Shown here: positions 17,732 to 27,180 of the stretch, piece after piece | Layout of the letters: each line of letters opens with the position of its first letter | Numbering within the stretch: position 1 is the stretch's first letter | Assembly: GCA_964387825.1 (NCBI GenBank) | Contig: CAYLWZ010000003.1 | Location: 2,267-66,266, forward strand | Direction of reading: 5' to 3' | Length of the DNA stretch: 64,000 nt | Origin: an uncultured Candidatus Saccharibacteria bacterium | GTDB lineage: Bacteria > Patescibacteriota > Minisyncoccia > Minisyncoccales > GWA2-38-27 | Position numbers and translations under genes: made by a program | Notes under the pieces: generated by a model | Database searches by the model: none | What the model was told of the DNA's origin: nothing | Seen by the model: only the letters and a program-made list of their open reading frames with translations

Positions 17732-18082
17732 ATGCCAGAAAAAACGCCTACAATCCAAACTAAACCTGCTCCCGAACCTGCTCCCGAGAAACTAAAAAAA
17801 AACAAAAAAGGAGGATGGTTTAGTAAAATTCCCACCGATATTCTCCTTTCGCCAGGAGGAATAATTCTAATTTTTTTCGCCGTCATAATGGAAATTATTG
17901 ACATTATTCCTATTCCCTTTGTTGACCAGTTATGGGAACTGCCTTTGGAAATTATCTTTATGTTATTATTAGTTATAATAGCCAAAGTTTCTATTAAAAG
18001 CTGCGTAATCCCTTTTCTTATTGAACGCATTCCTATTATCAACGATATTGCCCCCACCTGGATAATCCGAATGTTTACGTAG
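17732..18082 (+). CDS. Small membrane protein (T4SS-module associated by position)
   Basis: Starts 1 nt after the VirB4 stop. Pro/Ala-rich N-terminus, then 2-3 hydrophobic helices. Confidence 0.45.
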   Translation: MPEKTPTIQTKPAPEPAPEKLKKNKKGGWFSKIPTDILLSPGGIILIFFAVIMEIIDIIPIPFVDQLWELPLEIIFMLLLVIIAKVSIKSCVIPFLIERIPIINDIAPTWIIRMFT

Positions 18083-18114
18083 ATAATTCAGTAACGAAAA
18101 TTTTTAAAAAAAAA

Positions 18115-18145
18115 ACAAAAAAAGGAGCTTAGCTCCTTTTTTTGT
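18115..18145. terminator. Bidirectional intrinsic terminator
   Basis: aaaaaaaggagc-tta-gctccttttttt between convergent genes; A-run and T-run on either side. Confidence 0.75.
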
Positions 18146-18160
18146 TTCAAAGAATTTAAT

Positions 18161-18622
18161 TTAAGGTTTTGGCTTAATAACTATTCTTCTTTCTGGTTCC
18201 TGCCCGACGCTCTCGCTGATAATGTCAGAAATCTCGGCTAATTCTAAATGAATAATTCTCCTCTCGTAGGCCAGCATCGGCTCTAACGTCTTTTCTTTTT
18301 TCACTGAAGAAACCTCTTCAGCCGCATCCCGAGCTATTTCTTTTAAATATTCTGTCTTTCTTTTTTTATAACTATCAATATCCATATCCAGAAAAAAATT
18401 TTCTAAAAATCTTCTTTTTAATATTACCTTTAGAAGGTGTTGAATTTCGCTTAAGACACGGCCATTTTTGCCAATTAACACTTTTGGCTCTTCGCTTTTC
18501 AATCTCAAAAAAACCGTTTCTCCTTCAATAAATAAATCTTTGACCTCAATCCAAAAACCGGTTTTTTCAAAAAAATCCTGAACTATTTTTTCTATTTCTT
18601 TTAGTTTTTCTTCTGGTATCAT
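18161..18622 (-). CDS. jag: Jag/KhpB-like RNA-binding protein (KH + R3H domains)
   Basis: KH-like LIGKNGRVLSEIQHLL and R3H region ERRIIHLEL. Conserved position downstream of yidC. Confidence 0.75.
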   Translation of the reverse strand: MIPEEKLKEIEKIVQDFFEKTGFWIEVKDLFIEGETVFLRLKSEEPKVLIGKNGRVLSEIQHLLKVILKRRFLENFFLDMDIDSYKKRKTEYLKEIARDAAEEVSSVKKEKTLEPMLAYERRIIHLELAEISDIISESVGQEPERRIVIKPKP

Positions 18623-19359
18623 GTTGATGATTTTTTAAAAATAAAATATTGCTGGATAATAGTGAATAAAGTGACTACTATCCAATAAAGGCCAATAGCC
18701 GAGGGTAAGCGAAAAAGAATTATTATCGTAAAGGCGGGCATAAAATATAGCATCTGTTTTTGCATTTGGCCGGAAAAACCAGAACTTTGCTTCTCTTTAG
18801 TTTTAGTTTTAGGAGAAACCATTTTGACTTGAAAAAACTGAAAAATTCCCGCCAAAACAGCTAAAACTAAATTTGGCTTGGCGAGATTTATAATACCTAA
18901 AAAAAAGGCGTTAATTAAACCAGGGTCAGGAACAAAACTATAAAGAAGCATCATTTGTTCCGGCTGGAATCCTTTCCAAAAAACCCGATACATAGCAATT
19001 AGGATCGGCAGCTGGATAAGCAACGGCAAACAGCCGGAAAAAGGGTTTATTTTTTCCTTTTTGTACAAGGCCATCGTTGCTTTTGTCTGTTCCTCTTTAT
19101 TGTCTTTATATTTTGCCTGAATCTCTTTTATTTTCGGCTGAATTTCAGAAAGGGCTTTTTGTGATTTAACCCCCTGTGTTCCCAAAGGATATAAAATAAA
19201 CTTAATTAGAATTGTTAAAATAATTATCGCTATGCCAAAATCATGGCCGGGAATATATTCATAAATTAAAATCAAGCCGTTCAATAACGGCTGGTATAAA
19301 ACTACATTAAAAATAGTGATAAAAAAACTCATGGTAAATCTATTCCCCCGTCGCTCCAA
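18619..19359 (-). CDS. yidC: YidC/Oxa1-family membrane protein insertase
   Basis: Short YidC architecture: [24 protein letters not shown] motif, multiple TM helices, basic C-terminus. Located in the yidD-yidC-jag context. Confidence 0.88.
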   Translation of the reverse strand: MERRGNRFTMSFFITIFNVVLYQPLLNGLILIYEYIPGHDFGIAIIILTILIKFILYPLGTQGVKSQKALSEIQPKIKEIQAKYKDNKEEQTKATMALYKKEKINPFSGCLPLLIQLPILIAMYRVFWKGFQPEQMMLLYSFVPDPGLINAFFLGIINLAKPNLVLAVLAGIFQFFQVKMVSPKTKTKEKQSSGFSGQMQKQMLYFMPAFTIIILFRLPSAIGLYWIVVTLFTIIQQYFIFKKSST

Positions 19360-19538
19360 GGATTACACCTTAATACTCTTTTAAATCCTCTCCACGACCC
19401 CTTAACAACCCCGTACTTTTTAATTGATAAATAAGAATATTGGGAACAGCTTGGATAAAAACGGCAATGGTCGCCTAAACTAGGGGATATAAAGAATTGG
19501 TAGAACTTAATGCTTTTCAAAATCAGTTTTTTATACAT
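19329..19538 (-). CDS. yidD: Membrane protein insertion efficiency factor YidD
   Basis: Signature [16 protein letters not shown].....R.LRC.PW..GG.D. Confidence 0.9.
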   Translation of the reverse strand: MYKKLILKSIKFYQFFISPSLGDHCRFYPSCSQYSYLSIKKYGVVKGSWRGFKRVLRCNPWSDGGIDLP

Positions 19539-19569
19539 AACTTTTTTTAATTTGAGTTTCCTAAATTTA

Positions 19570-19732
19570 CCTTGAATTACGAAATGTTTTTTAGGATAAA
19601 ATTATTTAGTTTTGTTCAGATGGTCGTCAAATTTTTTGAAGCGATATTGGAAAAATATCGTTGAGGAAAATTTGGCGGGCAGATGGGCAAAAATAAAAAT
19701 TTTAGGCAAAAACTGCATTTCGTAATTCAAGG
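19570..19732. repeat. 17-bp perfect inverted repeat (ccttgaattacgaaatg / catttcgtaattcaagg) enclosing 129 nt between rnpA and yidD
   Basis: Arms at 19570-19586 and 19716-19732. The right arm overlaps the rnpA stop codon. Internal hairpin cgatatt..aatatcg. Confidence 0.7.
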
Positions 19733-20080
19733 TAGGTTAATCAGTTTTGCTTTTTTGAAAAGGGCATACAAGGTTTCTTTTATTGATTGGAAATTATTTT
19801 CTTCAAATCCGGGTAAAATTATTATTGCCACGTCAACCCCTTTTTTAATTTCGGGCAAACTGTCTTTAATCGCTTCCCTTAATCTCCTTTTTATTTTATT
19901 TCTAACAACCGACTTTTTAGAAATTTTCTTGCTTACTATAAATCCAAAACGGCTCTGCTTTAAATTATTACTGCCAATTTTTATATATACCTTAAATGAG
20001 GACAGGCTGTATTTTTTCCCTCTGTTAAAAAGATTCTTAAAATCTTTTTCTTTGTTCAATCTGTTGCTCTTAGGAAGCAT
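19727..20080 (-). CDS. rnpA: Ribonuclease P protein component
   Basis: N-terminal LPKSNRLNKEKDFKNLF, RNR-like basic motif VVRNKIKRRLRE. Positioned downstream of rpmH. Confidence 0.88.
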   Translation of the reverse strand: MLPKSNRLNKEKDFKNLFNRGKKYSLSSFKVYIKIGSNNLKQSRFGFIVSKKISKKSVVRNKIKRRLREAIKDSLPEIKKGVDVAIIILPGFEENNFQSIKETLYALFKKAKLINLP

Positions 20081-20131
20081 AATTTAAAATTATACATTTT
20101 AGCCCTTTTATCAGCGCGTAAAAGGCGGAAT

Positions 20132-20266
20132 TTAAATTGCAATTTTTTTCCTTTTTTTTCTTCTCCTTTTTATTAATATCTGCCTGCCTGTCTTAGTTTT
20201 TTGGCGACCTCTAAAACCATGGGTTCTTTTTCTCTTCTTTTTTTTTGGTTTATAGGTAATTGACAT
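20132..20266 (-). CDS. rpmH: 50S ribosomal protein L34 (44 aa, below the ORF-track size cut-off)
   Basis: Manual translation MSITYKPKKKKRKRTHGFRGRQKTKTGRQILIKRRRKKRKKIAI matches the L34 consensus (..YqP...kR.r.HGFR.Rm.T..GR.vl..RR.KGRk.L). Canonical rpmH-rnpA order. Confidence 0.9.
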   Translation of the reverse strand: MSITYKPKKKKRKRTHGFRGRQKTKTGRQILIKRRRKKRKKIAI

Positions 20267-20585
20267 ATATTTCAAAATAAAAAATTAAATATGAATAAGT
20301 TTCTCGCAAGCGAGAGAAAAAATAAAAAATAAATATTTAGAAATTCAAAATTCTTTCTTAATAATTATTCTAATATTAAATCAAATTTAAGTCAATTCTC
20401 TCATAATATTAATTTATTAAAAAAAGAAAGCGAAGAATCCACAGAATATCCACTTATTATTAACAAAACATAGATTTTCCCTTCATTTTCTTTATAATTT
20501 GACATGTGCTACAATTACAGATAAGGAAAAAAGTTGATTATAGTCCCATAATAAAAAATATAATAAAAAATTAAAAAATAAAATC
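20267..20585. promoter_or_regulatory. rpmH-dnaA divergent intergenic region: candidate oriC segment / dnaA promoter with DnaA-box-like sites
   Basis: gaatccaca (20435-20443) and atatccact (20446-20454) each match TTATCCACA at 7/9. Extremely AT-rich. Classic rnpA-rpmH | dnaA-dnaN arrangement. Confidence 0.5.
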
Positions 20586-21935
20586 GTGATTAACGAAGAA
20601 CTCTGGCAATCGGTTCTTGCCCAAATCCAGTTGAATATATCCCAAGTAAATTTTGCGACTTGGTTTAAAAATACAGAAATTATTTCCCAAAAAAAAGAGA
20701 AAGTGGTTATTTCTGTCCCCAATTCTTTTGTAAAAGAATGGCTAGAAAATAAATACAACACGGATATTTTTAAAATTATCCATAAGTTCAATGATAAGAT
20801 TAAAGAAATTGAATATACTATAGGAAAACCAAAGCTAAAAATCTTCAAAAAGAATCCTGTGGTATCGCCGGAAACAGACCAGCTTGAATTCCAGCAATTT
20901 AAAATAGATAAAAACAGCAATCTTAATCCCCGCTATATTTTTGATTCATTTGTCGTCGGTTCGTTTAACGAGCTACCCCACGCCGCTGCCATTGCCGTTG
21001 CAAAAAATCCCGGTTTTGTTTATAACCCTTTGTTTATTTATGGAGGAACAGGATTAGGAAAAACCCATATTTTACAAGCAATCGGCAACGAGGTAATTAA
21101 AAATTTTAAAAAAAAGAAAATACAATATATTCCCTCTGAAAGATTTACCTCTGAGGTAGTTTCTGCGATTAGAAATCATCAGATGGAATTATTTAAAGCA
21201 AAATATAAAGACGTGGATGTTTTAATTATTGACGACATTCAGTTTATAGCCGGTAAAGAGAAAACTCAGGAAGAATTTTTTAATGTTTTTAACGTTTTAT
21301 ACGAAAGTAACAAACAAATTATTCTCTCTTCAGACCGACCTCCCCGGGCCATACAATCATTGGCCGAAAGGTTAAAATCAAGATTTGAAGGAGGAATGAT
21401 AGCGGATATAAGTATCCCTGATTTAGAAACAAGAATAGCAATTTTAAAAACAAAAGCTCAGGAAAAGAAAGTAGATTTTTCAACCGAGACTTATGAATAT
21501 GTCGCTTCTATAATACAAAAAAACATTAGGGAATTAGAAGGCGCCTTAAATCATTTAATTGTTTACCAAAAACTTAACAATCAAAAACCGGATATTGAAA
21601 TTGTAAAAAATATTTTTAAAAATTTATTTTCCGTTAAACAACCAATAGTTACTCCTAAAAAAATCATTCAAGAAGTTGCTGATTTTTATGAAATTAAAGA
21701 AAAAGATATTTTATCTAAATCAAGAAAAAAAGAGATTGTTGGGCCGCGCCAAGTGGCAATGTATCTCTTAAGAGAAGAATTAAAAAACTCTTTTCCTTTT
21801 ATTGGGAGAAAGTTTAACGGCAGAGACCATACCACTGCTATTCATTCTTATAAAAAAATTTTAAATGAAATAATAAAAAATAAAAGATTAGAAGGGGAAA
21901 TAGAATTAATAAAAGAAAAAATCTTAACCGGGTAA
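20586..21935 (+). CDS. dnaA: Chromosomal replication initiator protein DnaA
   Basis: GTG start. Walker A GGTGLGKTHIL, Walker B LIIDDIQF, sensor SDRPP, C-terminal DNA-binding helix region HTTAIHSYKKI. Confidence 0.95.
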   Translation: MINEELWQSVLAQIQLNISQVNFATWFKNTEIISQKKEKVVISVPNSFVKEWLENKYNTDIFKIIHKFNDKIKEIEYTIGKPKLKIFKKNPVVSPETDQLEFQQFKIDKNSNLNPRYIFDSFVVGSFNELPHAAAIAVAKNPGFVYNPLFIYGGTGLGKTHILQAIGNEVIKNFKKKKIQYIPSERFTSEVVSAIRNHQMELFKAKYKDVDVLIIDDIQFIAGKEKTQEEFFNVFNVLYESNKQIILSSDRPPRAIQSLAERLKSRFEGGMIADISIPDLETRIAILKTKAQEKKVDFSTETYEYVASIIQKNIRELEGALNHLIVYQKLNNQKPDIEIVKNIFKNLFSVKQPIVTPKKIIQEVADFYEIKEKDILSKSRKKEIVGPRQVAMYLLREELKNSFPFIGRKFNGRDHTTAIHSYKKILNEIIKNKRLEGEIELIKEKILTG

Positions 21936-22163
21936 TTAATTTAAGCACTTGTTATTAATTCTGTGTCTTATTAGTTGAAAAACATATAATAATATTAGGA
22001 AAAATAAAAACATCAACATATTAAGAGTTTATTCCTTTAAAAGGTCATACAATAAAACACAATTTTTTAAATTAAACACAATATAAAAAATATTACTTAT
22101 CCCCTTTATTAATAATAATAATAATTTTAATTATATTAAAATTTAAAACTACTAAATTAAAAT
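21936..22163. other. Very AT-rich dnaA-dnaN spacer (candidate DNA-unwinding element of oriC)
   Basis: Runs such as ttattaataataataataattttaattatattaaaatttaaaa. Only degenerate box-like sites (ttaaacaca, taaaacaca). Confidence 0.35.
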
Positions 22164-23294
22164 ATGAAATCAATTATTTTACAAGGAAAATTAAAAGAAG
22201 GATTAAATATAACAGAAAGAGTTTCCTTTAATTCATTAACTCTTCCTATTTTAAATAATATTTTAATCAGCACTGAGAAAAATTTTCTCAAGTTATCGGC
22301 TACTGATTTAGAAATAGGAATAAATTGGTGGATTTTAGCAAAAATTGAAAAAGAAGGAGAAAGTGTTGTCCCGTCGCATGTTTTTTTTGATTTTATAAAT
22401 CTTCTTCCTAATAAAAAAGTAAATCTTGAATTTAAAGAAAGTAATTTATTAATTGAGTGTGATAATTATAAAACTAAAATAAAAACCCTAAAAACAGAAG
22501 ATTTTCCTATTATTCCTAAAATTACAAAAGATAAATTTATTTCTATTAAAGGTTCTTATTTTTCTCGTGCGTTAGATCAAATTAAAGATATAATTATACC
22601 ATCAACAACTAGGCCAGAAATATCAGGTATTTATATTTTATTTCAAAAAGATTTAATTACACTTACGGCAACCGATAGTTTTAGATTAGGGGAAAAGAAA
22701 ATTTTCTTAAAAAATCAATCTTCTTTAGATGAGGATTATTCTTTAATTATTCCTCAAAAAACAGCAAAAGAAATCATAAATATATTCAACAACAAAGAAG
22801 ATAATATGAAAATATATTTTTCTCCAAACCAAATAATGTTTGAATATTTATTAAAAGAAACACCCCATCCTCAGGTTCAGCTTATTTCCAGATTAATAGA
22901 AGGCGAATACCCGGATTATAAAGAAATTATTCCTAAAAAATATACCACTAAATTGGTATTAAAAAGAGATGAGTTTATAAACCAAATAAAAAGCGCTAGT
23001 TTATTTAGCGGGAAAATAAATGAGGTAAAAATAAAATCCGACCCTAAAAATAAAAAAATAGAAATATTTAGCCAAAGCCCGGAAATCGGAGAATACCAGT
23101 CCTTTATAACGGGAGAAATTAAAGGAGAAATAGTGGATGTTTCTTTTAATCATAGATTTTTATTGGACGGGCTTTCTAATATAAAGAGCTCAGAAATTAT
23201 TTTTGAATTAAACGGCGATTCAGGGCCCGGTGTTTTAAGGCCGGTTGGCGACGACAGTTATCTTTACGTAGTAATGCCGATTAAAGGGAGCTAA
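22164..23294 (+). CDS. dnaN: DNA polymerase III beta sliding clamp
   Basis: Three-domain length (376 aa), family-typical segments LSATDLEIGI and TATDSFRLGEK, position after dnaA. Confidence 0.9.
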   Translation: MKSIILQGKLKEGLNITERVSFNSLTLPILNNILISTEKNFLKLSATDLEIGINWWILAKIEKEGESVVPSHVFFDFINLLPNKKVNLEFKESNLLIECDNYKTKIKTLKTEDFPIIPKITKDKFISIKGSYFSRALDQIKDIIIPSTTRPEISGIYILFQKDLITLTATDSFRLGEKKIFLKNQSSLDEDYSLIIPQKTAKEIINIFNNKEDNMKIYFSPNQIMFEYLLKETPHPQVQLISRLIEGEYPDYKEIIPKKYTTKLVLKRDEFINQIKSASLFSGKINEVKIKSDPKNKKIEIFSQSPEIGEYQSFITGEIKGEIVDVSFNHRFLLDGLSNIKSSEIIFELNGDSGPGVLRPVGDDSYLYVVMPIKGS

Positions 23295-23301
23295 ATTAAA
23301 T

Positions 23302-23329
23302 ATTAGATATTAGATATTGGATATTGGAT
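23302..23329. repeat. Heptamer tandem array (attagat x2, attggat x2) just after the dnaN stop
   Basis: Four consecutive 7-nt units read directly. Confidence 0.7.
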
Positions 23330-23445
23330 TATCGGGGCTTGTCCTCGATAATTTTTTTAATTTTATTATCAAGACAATTTAGGAATATTATATTATATCG
23401 GGTTAACGGGTCTGCTTTATTTCGCCGAGATATTTTTAATTTTAC

Positions 23446-23474
23446 TTGACAAATTTGTTCTAATGTAATATAAT
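23446..23474 (+). promoter_or_regulatory. Consensus sigma-70-like promoter
   Basis: TTGACA (23446-23451), 17-nt spacer, TATAAT (23469-23474), upstream of the ORF at 23564, which has the Shine-Dalgarno sequence aaaggagg. Confidence 0.65.
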
Positions 23475-23563
23475 GTAAATAATTAAAAAGAAAAAATCTC
23501 TGGAGTTTTCCAGAGGTTTAAGCAATTTAACAATTTAATATTAAAAGAAAGGAGGTAAATAAA

Positions 23564-23863
23564 ATGTTTACAATAGAGGTAGAGAAAAAAGGAAAGGATG
23601 AAGAATTTACGTTTAAAGATTTGGAAATGTTTCATCAAGAATGTTATGGAGGGAGAATAGAAATAACGCGAAGTAAACTGGGTGGTTCCCCTCCTGCGGG
23701 TTATCATTTAACCTGCCAAAGATGTAAGTGCGAAAAAGAGATAAACATTGATCCCGACGCGGTAGAGATTGTTAAAACAGCGATTGACAAGAAAGAAAGA
23801 AAATTAGAATTATCTAAGGCGCCTTATGTCAATCAACCGGATAATATTATTAAGATAATTTAG
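23564..23863 (+). CDS. Hypothetical small protein
   Basis: Strong SD (aaggaggt) 8 nt upstream. Contains CQRCKC. No family recognised. Confidence 0.45.
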   Translation: MFTIEVEKKGKDEEFTFKDLEMFHQECYGGRIEITRSKLGGSPPAGYHLTCQRCKCEKEINIDPDAVEIVKTAIDKKERKLELSKAPYVNQPDNIIKII

Positions 23864-23936
23864 AAAGAGGCATAGAGAGAAATTAATTTTTTTTTAGCTT
23901 CTCTCTATAATAACGATTTAAAAGGAGGAAAAGAAA

Positions 23937-24911
23937 ATGCAGAAAGCGAAATTATTGATGAAAGTAATTATCTTCATATTGGTTTTTTGTCTTTTGGGAA
24001 TATTATTATTGCTGTCGCTGTTGTCACAACAGTGGTTGCAAGCAACGGGATTTGGAATAGGAATGATTGTTTTTCTTTTTGGGCTCAGACAAGCTCGCGA
24101 AGAAGAACGGCTTGTGGTTGAGTTTTGGGGCCGTTTTTGGGGGATAAAAGGACCGGGTCCTTGTTGGATTATTTTTCTAATTATGAGAGTCCGGGCAATT
24201 GTTTCTATTTGGGAGCAAGACGTGGATCTTTTTCCCGAAAAGCCGAATATAGATTTTAGAGGAGGAGGTACCGCGCAGTTAGTAAATCCGAAGGCCTGGC
24301 TAAAGGTTGAGGATATATATTCCGCCGTTTATAATGTTGCTGATTGGCGGAAAGCAGTGAGGGCGAGAACAGAGAACTTGATGAGGGATTTTTTAAGCAA
24401 CCAGAGCGTGGAAGAGGTGATAGACCAAGAGTCTATTCATCCTTGGTGGCAATTAATAAAAGAAGAACTTGGAGGAAAAACGAACTCCGAAAATCCTGAG
24501 CAAGAAATTTTAGATAGTTGGGGAATTAAAATTACCAAGATTACTATTGAGGATTTTCAATGGAGCGAGGAGGTGGTGAAGACCCGGAAGGATGTTTTTG
24601 AAGCGCAAAGAGATATAGAACGACAGAAGAATTTAGCTGACGCGGCAGTGCATAAGGCGCATCAACAAGCACTTCAATCAGGTGGCGTTCACGGGGAAAT
24701 TGTACGGCTTCTTACGGCGAAGCCATACAACTATACTCACGAAAAAGCTGAGAATATTGCTTCTCGTCTTGTTGAGTATTATAAGGGGGCTGAGACAGGA
24801 ACACTCCGCGATTGGCGTGGAGGAGCGCTTGAGTCCGTAATTGAACGTTTTATTCAAGCGTTTAACTTAACAAAAAAGGAGGGGGAAAATAAAAAAGAAG
24901 TAATAAATTAA
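23937..24911 (+). CDS. SPFH/band-7 (prohibitin/stomatin-like) domain membrane protein
   Basis: N-terminal TM helices, then an SPFH-like core (ERLVVEFWGRFWGIKGPG...VEDIYSAVYNV...SWGIKITKITIEDF) and a coiled-coil tail. Confidence 0.55.
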   Translation: MQKAKLLMKVIIFILVFCLLGILLLLSLLSQQWLQATGFGIGMIVFLFGLRQAREEERLVVEFWGRFWGIKGPGPCWIIFLIMRVRAIVSIWEQDVDLFPEKPNIDFRGGGTAQLVNPKAWLKVEDIYSAVYNVADWRKAVRARTENLMRDFLSNQSVEEVIDQESIHPWWQLIKEELGGKTNSENPEQEILDSWGIKITKITIEDFQWSEEVVKTRKDVFEAQRDIERQKNLADAAVHKAHQQALQSGGVHGEIVRLLTAKPYNYTHEKAENIASRLVEYYKGAETGTLRDWRGGALESVIERFIQAFNLTKKEGENKKEVIN

Positions 24912-24918
24912 AATAAAA

Positions 24919-24942
24919 AGGGAGTTCTTAAAGGAACTCCCT
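24919..24942. terminator. Bidirectional terminator hairpin
   Basis: agggagttc-ttaaag-gaactccct flanked by A- and T-runs, between convergent genes. Confidence 0.7.
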
Positions 24943-24970
24943 TATTTCTTTTCTGTTTATTTTAAAGATA

Positions 24971-27166
24971 TTATCCTCCCCCTGTATCACGAGGGCCGCC
25001 TTTTCTTGCCCCTGACTCTCCTGTGTCTTTATATTCCCTTGCTGTCTTTTCTTTTGTCGGAGGCTTGATTTTCATTTGTTCGCCGGTAGTAGGCATAGGC
25101 GGCATGTATTTTCCTTTTCTCCAGCCCTCTCCTGTAAATCCGGGATATTCTAAGGCCTTAAAATAACCATCAAGGTCGTTATGTTTCTTTTTAAAAGATT
25201 CGTGGAATTTTTCCCAGGCCTTGTCAAGATGTGGTCCTTTGTTGTCTTTAGCGCCTATTGCTGTGGCTTTATCTTCCAGGTTCTCGCTTTTAGATAATTC
25301 ATCATTTATATATTCTGAGAAGATTGTGTCAATTGAACCAAGGGCGGTTTCCTGGGCTTTTTTAACCTGTTTTAAAGCGTTCCAATCTCCCCGGCCTTTT
25401 TCCATATATGTCTCTATCACATTTTTGTCTTCCGCCACTTCTTTTTCCCAATGGGCAACATGGGGGGACCTTGATTCTTTAGTCGCTTCCGCAACTGCTT
25501 CTTTTCCCGCTTGTTTTCCTGTCATTGACCCATATCCACCCGCCCATTTTTTACCGGCTACTAATTGGGCCAAACGAGGGTCTCTTCTCAAGACATTACT
25601 AGTTAACATTCCTCCTCCTTGGGCTATTTCTAAGGGCCTTATTATTCTTTTTTTGAAATTGTCGTCCTCCAAAATTTGCTGGTCGGTAAGTTGTTTTGTC
25701 GCCTCGTCTTTTTCGTCTTTTGTTAATTGGCCCGGCTTCTTTCCTATTTTCTCCCCATAATTTTTATAAGCCAATTCTTTGAACGGTTTTAATTGTCTTG
25801 CTTCTTTAAACAAATCCTCGGCATCTCCTCTTTCTAAAACTTCCATTAAATTGCCGGTAGCGTCGACTTGGGTGTCCGCTCCTTTTAAAATTCTGTGAGC
25901 CAGAGTTCCGGAGGAGTAGGATTTTGTTTTTTCTTGGGCTTGTTTTATAGCCGGTGTCATCTGGCCGTATTTTCTCACCGCTTCAGGTAAGAACCATCTG
26001 GCGACAGGGATTTTTTCCGCTACTCGGGATATCTTCCCCACCTTTTCTTTCGTCTTTATTTTTTCCAGGGCCGGTCTTATACCGCGTCGAGCTATATTTC
26101 CTCCTGTCCATTTTACCGCTTTTGTCCCTTTTGTCTTGGCGAAATTTATTACAGACGAAGCACCCATAGCGGAAGTGGCAAGCCCGAAGATAAAACCGAG
26201 GTCAAGAAGGGCGATAGTCACGAAGTAAGGAAAAACCTTGTCAAGAAGGCTGGCCGTGCTTGTTTCCAGCCCCGGCAAGGTCATTTGTCCTTGAAAGACG
26301 CTATTTATTTCGTTAAAAGAAGCCATTGCCAAATAGAGAAAAAAAGCCAGAGGTATGCCGATAATTGACCATTGAATTAACTGCTCCCACCATTTGTCCC
26401 AGAATTTTTTAGTTGCCGGGAGAATCCAAGCCACAAAAGCCAGAGGAGACAGAATAACTAAAACCCAAATAGCAATGTATCGCAATAAAAAAATAACGGC
26501 CAGAAGAAGAAAGATAAAAGCAATATTAAAATTCAACACTATCATCACTATTCCTTTTGTCAGTATTGATGTTTTCGTTGCTATGTCCCCGATAAAAAGT
26601 TTAAATAAATCGTTAGAGATAGAGCTTACATCAAGGCCTGTTAAAACGCCGGAAACCCCTTCCTTGATTCCGACCAAAAAATAATTCATCACAATGTTTG
26701 AGGCGTCAACTATCAGTCCGCAGACAATCGGAGCGAAATTTACCAGTAAGGCGATAAAAATTAAACGCGCCAGGGTTTTCTCGGTAGCGTATTCTTTTAA
26801 TCGCAAAGCGATAGAGAGAGCGATGAAAACTAAAGCGGCCACTAACCCTAAATTCACAAAGTTTTTGGTAATGTCTAAACCAATTCTGATAATTTCATTA
26901 TTGCTTGGATTGGTGTAGCTTAGGGTGATAAAACCAGGACCGGTTACCCAATCAAGTAAAGCGCCGGCAATCCATGCGCTGATATTGCTGATTAAGGCGA
27001 TTATCCCGATAACGATTCCGATAAAACTGGTGGGGATGCCTAAAACAGCATTTACTACTGATTCTCCTACGTAAGCAGAAGAAATAAGCGGGAAAGAAAG
27101 GAAAAGAAAAACAGCGGTTGAAACAAGAAACAAGTGATTAAGATGATATTTTTTAAAATAATTCAT
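24971..27166 (-). CDS. Polytopic membrane protein, VirB6/TrbL-like candidate, with long hydrophilic C-terminal tail
   Basis: About 8-10 predicted TM helices in the first ~400 aa, then a Lys/Glu/Gly-rich tail. Last gene of the pilin-domain operon. Assignment is by architecture and context only. Confidence 0.45.
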   Translation of the reverse strand: MNYFKKYHLNHLFLVSTAVFLFLSFPLISSAYVGESVVNAVLGIPTSFIGIVIGIIALISNISAWIAGALLDWVTGPGFITLSYTNPSNNEIIRIGLDITKNFVNLGLVAALVFIALSIALRLKEYATEKTLARLIFIALLVNFAPIVCGLIVDASNIVMNYFLVGIKEGVSGVLTGLDVSSISNDLFKLFIGDIATKTSILTKGIVMIVLNFNIAFIFLLLAVIFLLRYIAIWVLVILSPLAFVAWILPATKKFWDKWWEQLIQWSIIGIPLAFFLYLAMASFNEINSVFQGQMTLPGLETSTASLLDKVFPYFVTIALLDLGFIFGLATSAMGASSVINFAKTKGTKAVKWTGGNIARRGIRPALEKIKTKEKVGKISRVAEKIPVARWFLPEAVRKYGQMTPAIKQAQEKTKSYSSGTLAHRILKGADTQVDATGNLMEVLERGDAEDLFKEARQLKPFKELAYKNYGEKIGKKPGQLTKDEKDEATKQLTDQQILEDDNFKKRIIRPLEIAQGGGMLTSNVLRRDPRLAQLVAGKKWAGGYGSMTGKQAGKEAVAEATKESRSPHVAHWEKEVAEDKNVIETYMEKGRGDWNALKQVKKAQETALGSIDTIFSEYINDELSKSENLEDKATAIGAKDNKGPHLDKAWEKFHESFKKKHNDLDGYFKALEYPGFTGEGWRKGKYMPPMPTTGEQMKIKPPTKEKTAREYKDTGESGARKGGPRDTGGG

Positions 27167-27180
27167 AAAAATATTCAGCG

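Noticed and set aside
25221-25760. Long antisense ORFs inside large genes (also 30377..30910, 32889..33305, 54889..55293, 55771..56097, 19683..20087, 20492..20920, 9058..9300 and similar)
   Set aside because: These are shadow ORFs opposite well-supported genes. Their low-complexity Ser/Phe/Leu-rich translations are typical of the reverse strand of Lys/Glu-rich AT-rich genes.
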